Assembly (NCBI GenBank): GCA_038231275.1
Contig: JBBRLQ010000020.1
Span: 1 to 64,000 of the forward strand
Length of the DNA stretch: 64,000 nt
Source: Polyangiales bacterium
GTDB lineage: Bacteria; Myxococcota_A; Polyangia; Polyangiales; Polyangiaceae
Reading direction: 5' to 3'
A model generated the notes under the pieces. It was not told the origin of the DNA, searched no databases, and saw nothing but the letters and a program-made list of their open reading frames with translations. This document shows, piece after piece, positions 42,187-50,495 of the stretch. Positions within the stretch are counted from its first letter, which is position 1; each line of letters opens with the position of its first letter. Position numbers and translations under genes: made by a program.

Positions 42187-42608
42187 ACCGTGAAGCTGTG
42201 ACCGCAGCCGCAGTTGGACTTCTCGTGGGGGTTACGCCACTTGAAGCCCTGCTGCATCAGCGTCTGCTCCCAATCGAGCACGGCGCCGCTGAGGTAGATG
42301 AGGCTCTTCGGATCGCAGATGACGCGCACCGGCGTGCCGTCTTGCGCGACGTAGTCGTAGACGCGATCTTTCGCGTGCGGCGGCCCGTCGTGGAACTGAA
42401 TCACGTAGCTGAACCCCGAGCAGCCGCCCCCCTTGATGCCGACGCGCAGCGTCGTATCGGTCGCGCCTCGCTTCTGGATCTGCTTTTTGACGGCCTCGAC
42501 CGCGGCGGGCGACACCGAGATGTCACGCGTCTTGGAGAGGCTCTCCGGCGGCTTCGATTCGGCCGTCGTGGTCTCGGGGGCGGTGGCGACTTCGCTCGAC
42601 ATCATCAC
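42183..42608 (-). CDS. iscA: A-type Fe-S carrier
   Basis: GGGCSG and CGCGHSF motifs. Confidence 0.93.
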   Translation of the reverse strand: MMMSSEVATAPETTTAESKPPESLSKTRDISVSPAAVEAVKKQIQKRGATDTTLRVGIKGGGCSGFSYVIQFHDGPPHAKDRVYDYVAQDGTPVRVICDPKSLIYLSGAVLDWEQTLMQQGFKWRNPHEKSNCGCGHSFTV

Positions 42609-42617
42609 GGTGCCTCT

Positions 42618-43022
42618 CTACTGAGCCTTCACCGCGCGCTTGGCGGCCTGCTTGGCGCGATAGTCGGCGATGGCGCTCTTGATCGCGTCTTCGGCGAGGA
42701 CCGAGCAGTGGATCTTGACGGGGGGGAGGTTCAGCTCGGTGACGATGTCGCTGTTTTTGATCGTCTCCGCCTCGTCGACCGTCTTGCCCTTGATCCACTC
42801 GGTGGCGAGCGACGAGCTGGCGATGGCGGAGCCGCAGCCGAACGTCTTGAACTTGGCGTCCTGGATGATCCCGTCGTCGGTCACCCTGATTTGGAGGCGC
42901 ATCACGTCCCCGCACGCCGGCGCGCCGACGAGCCCGGTGCCAACGCTCGGATCGTCCTTGTCGAGCGTTCCAACATTTCGCGGGTTTTCCGCGTGATCGA
43001 TGACTTTTTCGCTGTACGCCAT
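42618..43022 (-). CDS. iscU: Fe-S scaffold protein
   Basis: MAYSEKVIDH, APACGD, FKTFGCGSA, LPPVKIHC. Confidence 0.98.
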   Translation of the reverse strand: MAYSEKVIDHAENPRNVGTLDKDDPSVGTGLVGAPACGDVMRLQIRVTDDGIIQDAKFKTFGCGSAIASSSLATEWIKGKTVDEAETIKNSDIVTELNLPPVKIHCSVLAEDAIKSAIADYRAKQAAKRAVKAQ

Positions 43023-43073
43023 TTTCTAGTTCCTCATTCCAGCGCGTTTCGAAAATTTTCCCGGGGGGGGAGC

Positions 43074-43101
43074 TCGAGGGAGGGTCCCGACCCTCTCTCG
43101 A
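43074..43101. repeat. Intra-operon stem-loop between iscS and iscU
   Basis: TCGAGGGAGGGT-CCCG-ACCCTCTCTCGA, 12-bp stem with one non-Watson-Crick pair. Confidence 0.6.
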
Positions 43102-43107
43102 ACCTGA

Positions 43108-44340
43108 TCAGTGCGCGGTCCACTGGACCGACTTCAAATCGATGCCTTCTTTGTGCATCTCGTAGAGAGGGCTCATGTCCCGCAGGTGCTTGACCTTGGA
43201 GATGACGAGGTCGGCCACGTAGTCGACCTCGTCATCGGTGTTGAAGCGGCCGAGGCCGAAGCGGATGCTCGAGTGCGCGAGCTCGTCGCCGACGCCGAGG
43301 GCGCGGAGGACGTAGCTCGGCTCGAGGCTGGCGCTCGTGCAGGCCGAGCCGCTCGAGACGGCGACGTCCTTGATCGCCATCATCATCGCCTCGCCTTCGA
43401 CGAAGTTGAACGAGATGTTCAAGTTGCCGGGGAGGCGGTGCTCCATCGATCCGTTGATGTACGTCTCGTCGATCTTCGCCTGGATGCGCGTGCGGAGGCG
43501 CTCGCGGAGGCGGAAGATGTTCTCGTTGTCGGCCTTGCCTTCGGTGCGCATGATTTCGGCGGCCTTGCCGAAGCCGACGATGCCCGGAACGTTGAGCGTG
43601 CCCGAGCGCATCCCGCGCTCGTGGCCGCCGCCATCCATCTGAGCGACGAGGCGAACGCGCGGCTTGCTCCGCCGCACGTAGAGCGCGCCGACGCCCTTGG
43701 GCCCGTACATCTTGTGCGCGGTGATGGATGCGAGATCGACGTTCATCTTCTGCACGTCGAACGGCACCTTGCCGACCGCCTGCACGGCGTCCGAGTGGAG
43801 GAGCACGCCCTTCTCGCGGGTGATCTTGCCGATCTCCTCCAGGGGCTGCACGGTGCCGATCTCGTTGTTGGCGGCCATGATGCTGACGAGGATCGTCTTG
43901 TCGGTGATCGCCTTCTTCACGTCATCGGGATCGACGCGGCCGTCGGTGCCGACGCCGAGGTACGTCACCGTGAAGCCCTCCTTTTCGAGGCGCTTGCACG
44001 TGTCGAGGATCGCCTTGTGCTCGGTGACCGTCGTGATGAGGTGGTTGCCCTTGTCCTTGTAGAACTCGGCGACGCCCTTGAGCGCGAGGTTGTCGGATTC
44101 GGTGGCGCCGCTCGTCCAGACGATCTCTTTGTCGCTCTGCGCGTTGATCAGCTTGGCGACGCGGTCGCGCGCGTACTCGGTCGCTTCCTCTGCCGTCCAT
44201 CCGAAGACGTGGCTGCGGCTTGCCGCGTTGCCGAACTTGCCGCTCGCGAGCTGGAAATACGGGATCATCTCGTCGAGCACGCGCGGGTCGACCGGCGTAG
44301 TCGAGTGGTAATCCATGAAGATGGGGAGCTTCGGCATCAT
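43108..44340 (-). CDS. iscS: Cysteine desulfurase
   Basis: [42 protein letters not shown]. Confidence 0.98.
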   Translation of the reverse strand: MMPKLPIFMDYHSTTPVDPRVLDEMIPYFQLASGKFGNAASRSHVFGWTAEEATEYARDRVAKLINAQSDKEIVWTSGATESDNLALKGVAEFYKDKGNHLITTVTEHKAILDTCKRLEKEGFTVTYLGVGTDGRVDPDDVKKAITDKTILVSIMAANNEIGTVQPLEEIGKITREKGVLLHSDAVQAVGKVPFDVQKMNVDLASITAHKMYGPKGVGALYVRRSKPRVRLVAQMDGGGHERGMRSGTLNVPGIVGFGKAAEIMRTEGKADNENIFRLRERLRTRIQAKIDETYINGSMEHRLPGNLNISFNFVEGEAMMMAIKDVAVSSGSACTSASLEPSYVLRALGVGDELAHSSIRFGLGRFNTDDEVDYVADLVISKVKHLRDMSPLYEMHKEGIDLKSVQWTAH

Positions 44341-44919
44341 CTAATCGTCCTTGGCGGCGGGCTTGGTGCCCGCGACGTGGAATCCGGCCACGAGCTCGGG
44401 GACGTGCTCGCGGCAATCGTGGAGATCGCACGAGCGGCACGCGTGGAGCAGGCGCTCCGGATCGCACGTGTCGCACGTGTCGAGGTAAACGAGGCTCGCT
44501 TGAAGCTCGCGCTCGAGGTCCTGCATGCGCCGGATCTGCTCGCGCGCGTCGGCGAGCTTCTTCCGGTAGACGTCGCGCATCTTGACCATCATCCGAGGCG
44601 CGCTCTGGGACTGCTCCCAGTCGCGAACGACCGTCTGAATGTCGGTCAGGCTGAAGCCCATCTCTTGAAGGCGGTGAATCCAGCGGATGCGAACGAGCGC
44701 GTCCCGACCGTACAGTCGGTATCGGCCCTTGGAGCGGGCGGCCGGCCGCAGGAGCTCGAGCTCTTCGTACAGGTGGATGGCGCGAACGGTTTTCCCGCAT
44801 TTCGTTGCGAGATCGCCGATTTGCATGAGCTGATCATCCTCGAGATCCGGCGTCGACGGCACCGCGGCAGGGACCGGCGGCTCAATCGTGCGGAGGATGG
44901 GGAGGCGGATGTTGCTCAT
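44341..44919 (-). CDS. MerR family regulator with five-Cys C-terminal motif; first gene of the isc operon
   Basis: IGDLA..CGKTVRAIHLYEELELL..YRLY HTH, GFSL.DI, coiled coil, CDTC-X8-CRSC-X4-C; TAG abuts iscS ATG. Confidence 0.9.
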   Translation of the reverse strand: MSNIRLPILRTIEPPVPAAVPSTPDLEDDQLMQIGDLATKCGKTVRAIHLYEELELLRPAARSKGRYRLYGRDALVRIRWIHRLQEMGFSLTDIQTVVRDWEQSQSAPRMMVKMRDVYRKKLADAREQIRRMQDLERELQASLVYLDTCDTCDPERLLHACRSCDLHDCREHVPELVAGFHVAGTKPAAKDD

Positions 44920-44925
44920 TGGTAT

Positions 44926-44992
44926 GACCCATACGTCTTACGTTAAGGATCGACTTGAGGGAACATGTACGGTCGAGGGAGCCCCTCGTCAA
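44926..44992 (-). promoter_or_regulatory. Sigma70-like promoter and dyad elements of the merR-isc operon
   Basis: TTGACG (44992-44987) then TACATG (17 bp) or CATGTT (19 bp); dyad CGAGGG-N3-CCCTCG at 44974-44988; imperfect ACGT dyad at 44929-44948. Confidence 0.55.
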
Positions 44993-45085
44993 GCGAAAAA
45001 CCCGGCGGTTCCGCGGAGGTCGGCCTTACGATCGGCCTTCCGTAACGACGAAGAAATCCAGCTTGAGCGGCCAAACGGGCGCTTG

Positions 45086-45101
45086 GGGCACGGACCTCGC
45101 A
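45086..45101 (+). promoter_or_regulatory. Sigma54-like promoter of the TPR gene
   Basis: GGGCACGGACCTCGCA (GG-N10-GC), about 38 bp before the ATG. Confidence 0.5.
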
Positions 45102-45138
45102 AGCTCCTCCTCTCTTAAGGAAGAAGGAGCGAAGGTGG

Positions 45139-48100
45139 ATGGCGAAGCGCGGCTCAAACGCGCAGATTCGAGTCGGCGTGGCGGATGATCGAGAGCCCAC
45201 CTGGGTGTCCGGTGATCCGGACGACACCCGTCCGACGACGCAATTCCCCGTCGCCCGCGACAGCTCGCTCGACGACGCCGAGGTCGCGCAGCACTTGCCG
45301 CTGCCGAACGCCAGCTCGGGCGAGGTGATGGTCGTGCCCGAGCCCGAGTCGCTCCGCGATCTCGAGACGCTCGTGGCGATGGAGAACGCCGACACGGTCG
45401 CCCGCACGGGCCCGCGCCAGGGGTCGCAGAGCGGCTTCGTCACCGGCGACGAAGAGACGCGCTTGCGCGTGACCGGACGGTGGGAGGAGCTCCTCGAGCT
45501 GTACCTCCAGAAGCTCGAGGCGACCGAGGCGCCGAAAGGCAAGGCGGACATCTTCAAGCGCATCGCCGAGGTGTTCGATCAGCGCCTCGCCGATCCGGAG
45601 CAGGCGATCGACGCGCTCGTGGAGGCGCTGACGCTCGATCCGTTCGACTACGACGCCGTCGACATGATCGAGGCGCTCGCGCGGCGCACGAACAAGTGGT
45701 CGCCGCTCGTCGTCGCGGTCGACGACGTAATGAAGAAGTGCTCCGATCGCGAGCGGCAAGCCAAGCTCTGCGAGCACTTGATCCGCTGGTACTCGGTGGA
45801 GAAAGGCGCGCCGGAGCTCGCCGAGCAATACAAGGAGCGGATCCGGCGGCTCGACCCGAAGCACCCCCTCGTGCAGCTGGAGCTCGCGGCGGGCTACAAG
45901 GATCAGGGCAACTGCGCCCTCGCGAAGGACGCGTTCACGCGCGCGCTCGACGGGCTGCGGCGCAAAGACCGCGTCCCCGTCTACGTGGCGCTTGGGGACC
46001 TGTACGAGTTCTACCTGAGCGACGTGAACGAGGCGCAGAAGGCCTACGACGCGGCGCTCGAGATCGCGCCGGAAACGCTCGACGCTCTCGGAGGGCTGGA
46101 GCGCATCTATCGCGCGCAGGAGAAGTATCGCGAGCTCGAGGGCGTCCTCGAGAAACAGGGAGAGAGCGCGGCGGCGTCGAGCGAGGATCGCGCGCAAGCG
46201 CTCATGCGATTGGCGCTCCTGCACGAGCGGCATTTCTTGAGGTACGACGCGGCAGCGCGGACGCTCGGCGTCGTGCTCGATCTCGATCCGCGGCGCGACG
46301 AGGCGCTGGAGGCGCTCGAGCGCTGCCAGATCGCGCTGCGGGCGTGGGCCGACGTCATCGCCACGCTCGACCGGCGCGCCAACCTCGCGCGCGATCCGGC
46401 GCAGCGCGCGGTCCTGCTCGGGCGCATGGCGGAGGTGCAGGAAAGCAAGCTCTGCGATCTCGAGGCGGCGAGCGACGCCTACGAGCGGATGACCGCGGCG
46501 GACGGTAACGCGAGCGCGCCGCTCACCGAGCTCGCGCGCCTCGCCGAGAAGCGGCAGGACTGGGGGGCCACGGCGGCCTACCGCGCGCGCCTCGCGCAGC
46601 TCGCGCCCGACGCGAACCAGGCGGCGCAGATGCTCGTCCAGATCGGCGACATGCTCTCGGCGCCGGGTCGCGACCCGGACCGCGCGCGGCACTACTACGA
46701 GCGCGCGCTCGGGATGACGCCCGGACACGTCGGCGCCTGGGAGGCGCTACAGCGCGACGCCGAACGACAGGAAGATCCGTCGCGCGTCGCCTACTGCCTC
46801 GAGCAGCGCGCGGGACTCACGGACTCGCCGCGCGCGCGGGCCCAGCTCCTCGTCGAGCTCGCGCGCGTCAAGAAGCAGATCGGGTCGGAGAGCGGGGCCT
46901 ACAGCGCGTACCAGGACGCCGTCGCCGCCGATCCCACGAACGAGACGGCCGCGGCCGCCGTACTGCCCGCGCTCGCGAAGGAGTCGCGTTGGCCCGAAGC
47001 GGCGCCGCTCTGCGAGCTGCTCGTCAACGCGGCGACGCGCGACGGCGATCACGAGCGCGCGTTCAGTCTGCTCCGCCTCGCGTCGCGCATCGCGACGAAG
47101 ATGGACAACCTGGAGCGCGCGGTCATCGCGGCGCTCGCGGCGTACGAGCTCGATCGACGCGCGCCGGAGGGGCAGTCCGATTTGCTGGTCGTGTGCGAGC
47201 TCGCCAAGGACAACCCCGCCGTGCTCGCCCGCGCGAAGAGTGCGATCGCGGAGATCGGTGAGAACGCCGCCGCGCTAGGTGCCGGCTCCCTCGTCCACCT
47301 CGCCGCCGTCGAGCGCGCGCTGGGCGACGACGCGCGCGCGCTCGACACGTTGTCGCACGCGCTCGCCAAGGAGGCCGAGCACGTCCAGGCGCTCGCCGCC
47401 GCCAGCGAGATTTACGCGGCGCGCGGCGATTTCGAGCACGCCGCCGCCTTCAAGAAGCGCCTCGCCGAGGCCGCCGCCGACGACGCCTCCCGCTACGCGC
47501 TCCTCGTGGAAGCGGGCGAGACGTGGACCCATCGCGCCAAGAACCTCCCGATGGCCGCCCTCGCCTTCGAGGACGCGCTGATCCTGAAGCCGAAGGACTC
47601 GTGGCTCCTCCACACGCTCCTCTGGGTGTACGGCGAGCTGTCGTGCTGGGAGAAGCTCGTGGAGACGCTGCGCGCGATCGTCGAATTGGATCGCGACCCG
47701 GTGAAGAAGGCCAAGGGGGTCTTCACCATGGCGCAGGTGATGCGCGACAAGATCGACGATCCGTACCGCGCGGCGGAGCTCTTCGAGGAGACGATCGCGG
47801 TCGATCCGACGCGCCTCGACGCGTTCGAACGCGTCGTGCGCATCTACACCGAGCTCAAGGACTGGGCGGCGCTCGAAAAATCGTACCGGCGCATGATCCA
47901 CCGGACGAGTGACGACGAGGTGGAGCTACGGCACGCACTCTTCCATCAGCTCGGGCTCATCTACCGCGATCGCATCGGCAACGCCGACGGCGCGCTCGAC
48001 GCGTTCCGAGCCGCCGGCGCGCTCAAGCCGAGCGACGAGAACCGCAAGATCGTCTCCGAGCTCTACGTGGTCGCCGGGCGCATCGACGACGCGCTCCGGG

Positions 48101-49110
48101 AGACGCGCGCGGCGCTCGAGGCCGAGCCGTCGAGCGTGGGCCTCTACACGACGCTCTACGATCTGTTCCTGCGCGCGCGCACGTTCGACAAGGCCTGGTG
48201 CGCGATCAACGTGCTCGCCCACATGGGCCCGCTGTCGACCGAGCAGCGCAAATTCCACGACGACTACCCGCCGGTCGCGCTGTCGTACGTGCCGGGGATG
48301 ATCACGCCGGTCGCGTGGCGCTCGCACATCCTGCACAAAGAGCTCGATCCGACGCTGACCGCGATCTTCTCGGTGATGGCGCAGGCGACGGCGCGCGCTC
48401 GAGCGGCGATGATCCCGCCTGCGCAGCGCGCGACGGCGTTCGGCGAGCCGATGCGCCCCGACCACTCCTACAACGCGGGGGCGCTGCTCGACGCGGTCAC
48501 CCACGCGGCGGCAATCTTGAGCGTGCCGGTCCCCAGCGTCTTCGCGCGGAGAGGGCCTCCGCAGCCGCTCGCGATCGCGGCGTCCTCGGTGCCGGCGCTC
48601 GTTTCGTCGTGCGAGGCGCTGGACTCGATGTCGCACGAGGCGATCGCGTTCCTGGTCGGCAAGCGCCTCGCGGATCTTCGTCCCGAGCTGTTCGGGCGCG
48701 CGATGTTCCCGACGGTGTCGGAGATGACGGCAGCCCTCGCCTCCGCCGTCCGTATCGTCAAGGGCGAGATGTCGTCCGATCCGGCGATCGCGCGCGCCGA
48801 TCGCGAGCTGGCGACGCTGATGAGCCCCGACGAGCGCGCGACGCTGCAAGGCGCGGTGATGCGCGCGACGTCGACGAACGCGAGGCTGGACGTGAAGCAG
48901 TGGTCGCGGCTCGCCGATTTGACGAGCTCGCGCGTGGGGCTGCTCCTGTGCGGCCACGTCGAGTACGCGCGACGCGCCATGCTCCAGGACGGCCAGAGCG
49001 CCTGCGATCTGCCGCCGCGTGCGCGTGTCCAACAGATGTGCCTCTTCGCCGTCAGCAGCGAGTTCGCCGAGCTTCGCGCGGCGATTGGCGTCGACGTGGC
49101 AGCAACGTAG
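45139..49110 (+). CDS. Large TPR-repeat protein (myxobacterial AgmK-like style)
   Basis: 1323 aa, many helical A...Y..AL..DP....AL..L repeats; AAGGAG upstream. Confidence 0.85.
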   Translation: MAKRGSNAQIRVGVADDREPTWVSGDPDDTRPTTQFPVARDSSLDDAEVAQHLPLPNASSGEVMVVPEPESLRDLETLVAMENADTVARTGPRQGSQSGFVTGDEETRLRVTGRWEELLELYLQKLEATEAPKGKADIFKRIAEVFDQRLADPEQAIDALVEALTLDPFDYDAVDMIEALARRTNKWSPLVVAVDDVMKKCSDRERQAKLCEHLIRWYSVEKGAPELAEQYKERIRRLDPKHPLVQLELAAGYKDQGNCALAKDAFTRALDGLRRKDRVPVYVALGDLYEFYLSDVNEAQKAYDAALEIAPETLDALGGLERIYRAQEKYRELEGVLEKQGESAAASSEDRAQALMRLALLHERHFLRYDAAARTLGVVLDLDPRRDEALEALERCQIALRAWADVIATLDRRANLARDPAQRAVLLGRMAEVQESKLCDLEAASDAYERMTAADGNASAPLTELARLAEKRQDWGATAAYRARLAQLAPDANQAAQMLVQIGDMLSAPGRDPDRARHYYERALGMTPGHVGAWEALQRDAERQEDPSRVAYCLEQRAGLTDSPRARAQLLVELARVKKQIGSESGAYSAYQDAVAADPTNETAAAAVLPALAKESRWPEAAPLCELLVNAATRDGDHERAFSLLRLASRIATKMDNLERAVIAALAAYELDRRAPEGQSDLLVVCELAKDNPAVLARAKSAIAEIGENAAALGAGSLVHLAAVERALGDDARALDTLSHALAKEAEHVQALAAASEIYAARGDFEHAAAFKKRLAEAAADDASRYALLVEAGETWTHRAKNLPMAALAFEDALILKPKDSWLLHTLLWVYGELSCWEKLVETLRAIVELDRDPVKKAKGVFTMAQVMRDKIDDPYRAAELFEETIAVDPTRLDAFERVVRIYTELKDWAALEKSYRRMIHRTSDDEVELRHALFHQLGLIYRDRIGNADGALDAFRAAGALKPSDENRKIVSELYVVAGRIDDALRETRAALEAEPSSVGLYTTLYDLFLRARTFDKAWCAINVLAHMGPLSTEQRKFHDDYPPVALSYVPGMITPVAWRSHILHKELDPTLTAIFSVMAQATARARAAMIPPAQRATAFGEPMRPDHSYNAGALLDAVTHAAAILSVPVPSVFARRGPPQPLAIAASSVPALVSSCEALDSMSHEAIAFLVGKRLADLRPELFGRAMFPTVSEMTAALASAVRIVKGEMSSDPAIARADRELATLMSPDERATLQGAVMRATSTNARLDVKQWSRLADLTSSRVGLLLCGHVEYARRAMLQDGQSACDLPPRARVQQMCLFAVSSEFAELRAAIGVDVAAT

Positions 49111-49404
49111 ACGTCCTCGCTCACTCGAGCCTGAGCTCGAGGGTGTCGTCGTCGAGGAGCGACGTCTCTCCTTGATGCGCGCCGTTCCATTCCCGAGCGA
49201 GCAGCGGCGCGACGACCTGTGGGAACGGCGGGATGGGAGTGGCCCTCGCAGAGCAAATCTAATGATGCAGTCAATCGTGTTTCCACATCGCGAAAAAGCG
49301 ACGGGGAGGTTAGGCAGAGTTTTTACGATGTCATTTCAGGTACCTGCGAAAATAGTTCGAACCGCATCTGTCAAACGGAACGTCTGTCTATTATATTGGA
49401 GGAC

Positions 49405-49707
49405 ATGAAGATCGCGTGGATTGGGGGATTGGATCGCAACGAGCGGGCCCTCGAGGAGATCGCGGCGACGGCCGGCCATCGCCTCTTCTTCCATTGCGGG
49501 GACGTGCGCGGGCGCGGGGCCGAGGAGCTCAGAGGCCTGGTAAAGCGCGCCGACGTCGTGGTCGTGGTCACGTCGGTGAACAGCCACGGCGGCGTGCTGT
49601 TCGCGAAGAAGTTCGCGCGGCAGGCGGGGCGACCGGTCGTCATCACGCGCAGCGGCAGCTCGTCGACGCTGGAGCAGCTCCTCGGCGAGATGTCGCGCGT
49701 CGCGTGA
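49405..49707 (+). CDS. DUF2325 family protein
   Basis: GGAGG RBS; KIAWIGG...H.G...ADVVVVVTSVNSH pattern. Confidence 0.8.
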   Translation: MKIAWIGGLDRNERALEEIAATAGHRLFFHCGDVRGRGAEELRGLVKRADVVVVVTSVNSHGGVLFAKKFARQAGRPVVITRSGSSSTLEQLLGEMSRVA

Positions 49708-49725
49708 AGGTGGCATAGTCGCCCC

Positions 49726-50049
49726 ATGGACGAGGCCCGTTACCAGCAGCTCGCCGACGTCGCCCTCGGTCGCATCGAGCGCGCGCTCGGCGATCACGAT
49801 CCCGACGAGGTGGACTGCGAGCTCGCCGGAGACGTCCTATCGCTGACGTTCAAGGGCGGGAAGAAATGCGTCGTCAACACGCAGCGCCCGACCCGGCAGA
49901 TCTGGGTCGCCGCCAACGCGCGCGCGTGGCACTTCTCGTACGACGAAGCGACGGGCGCGTGGCTCGACGACAAGGACCGCGCCGTCGAGCTCTTCGGCCA
50001 GATCGCCCGCATCGTGAAGGACGCCGCGGGGGCGACTGTCTCGGTGTGA
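49726..50049 (+). CDS. cyaY: Frataxin-like iron donor protein
   Basis: GDVLSL.F...VVNTQRPTRQIWVA...HF...W. Confidence 0.92.
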   Translation: MDEARYQQLADVALGRIERALGDHDPDEVDCELAGDVLSLTFKGGKKCVVNTQRPTRQIWVAANARAWHFSYDEATGAWLDDKDRAVELFGQIARIVKDAAGATVSV

Positions 50050-50079
50050 CGTCGCGGCCCCCCTGACGGCGGCGAGTGG

Positions 50080-50463
50080 CTAGTTGAGCGTGTACGGCAG
50101 CGCCAGCGCGAACGCCGCGATCGTCGCGTCGAAGCTGGAGCCGTCGGTGCGCTGCATTTGGTAGGTGCCGCGCATCTCACCGCGCGGGGTCTGCAGAACG
50201 CAGCCGCTCGTGTACTCGAAATCCTCGCCGGGCCGGAGCAGCGGCTGCTGGCCCACGACGCCAGGTCCGCGCACCTCTTCGAGCTTGCCGGCCGCGTCGG
50301 TGATGATCCAGTGACGGCTCCGCAGCTGCGCGCTCGCGGTCCCCTCGTTCGCGATCTTCACCGTGTAGGCGAAGACGTAGCGCTTGGCCATCGGCGCCGA
50401 TTGTTCGGGCACGTACACGGCCTGCACCGATACGCGAATGCCGTTGGTGATCGCCGTCGACAC
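50080..50463 (-). CDS. apaG: ApaG protein
   Basis: YVFAYTV.I.N, QLRSRHWIITD, GPGVVG.QP, FEYTSG, M.G.Y; start 50463 (GTG) or 50484 (ATG). Confidence 0.95.
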   Translation of the reverse strand: MSTAITNGIRVSVQAVYVPEQSAPMAKRYVFAYTVKIANEGTASAQLRSRHWIITDAAGKLEEVRGPGVVGQQPLLRPGEDFEYTSGCVLQTPRGEMRGTYQMQRTDGSSFDATIAAFALALPYTLN

Positions 50464-50495
50464 CGCCTTACCCTTTTCACGCATCTCCTCTTGTT

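Noticed and set aside
44341..44919. Calling the regulator SoxR, CueR or IscR
   Set aside because: The fold is MerR, not Rrf2, and the Cys spacing matches neither SoxR nor CueR
43111..44946. 611-aa plus-strand ORF (likewise 11990-14212 minus, 4198-6123 minus, 6659-8554 minus)
   Set aside because: Antisense to well-supported genes; no recognisable domains
49124..49141. Hairpin CTCGAGC-CTGA-GCTCGAG after the TPR gene as a terminator
   Set aside because: No U-tract; such stems arise easily at this GC content
49121..49258. Minus-strand 45-codon frame (ICSARATPIPPFPQVVAPLLAREW...) with coding-like codons
   Set aside because: No ATG/GTG/TTG start after the upstream stop; cannot be supported as a gene
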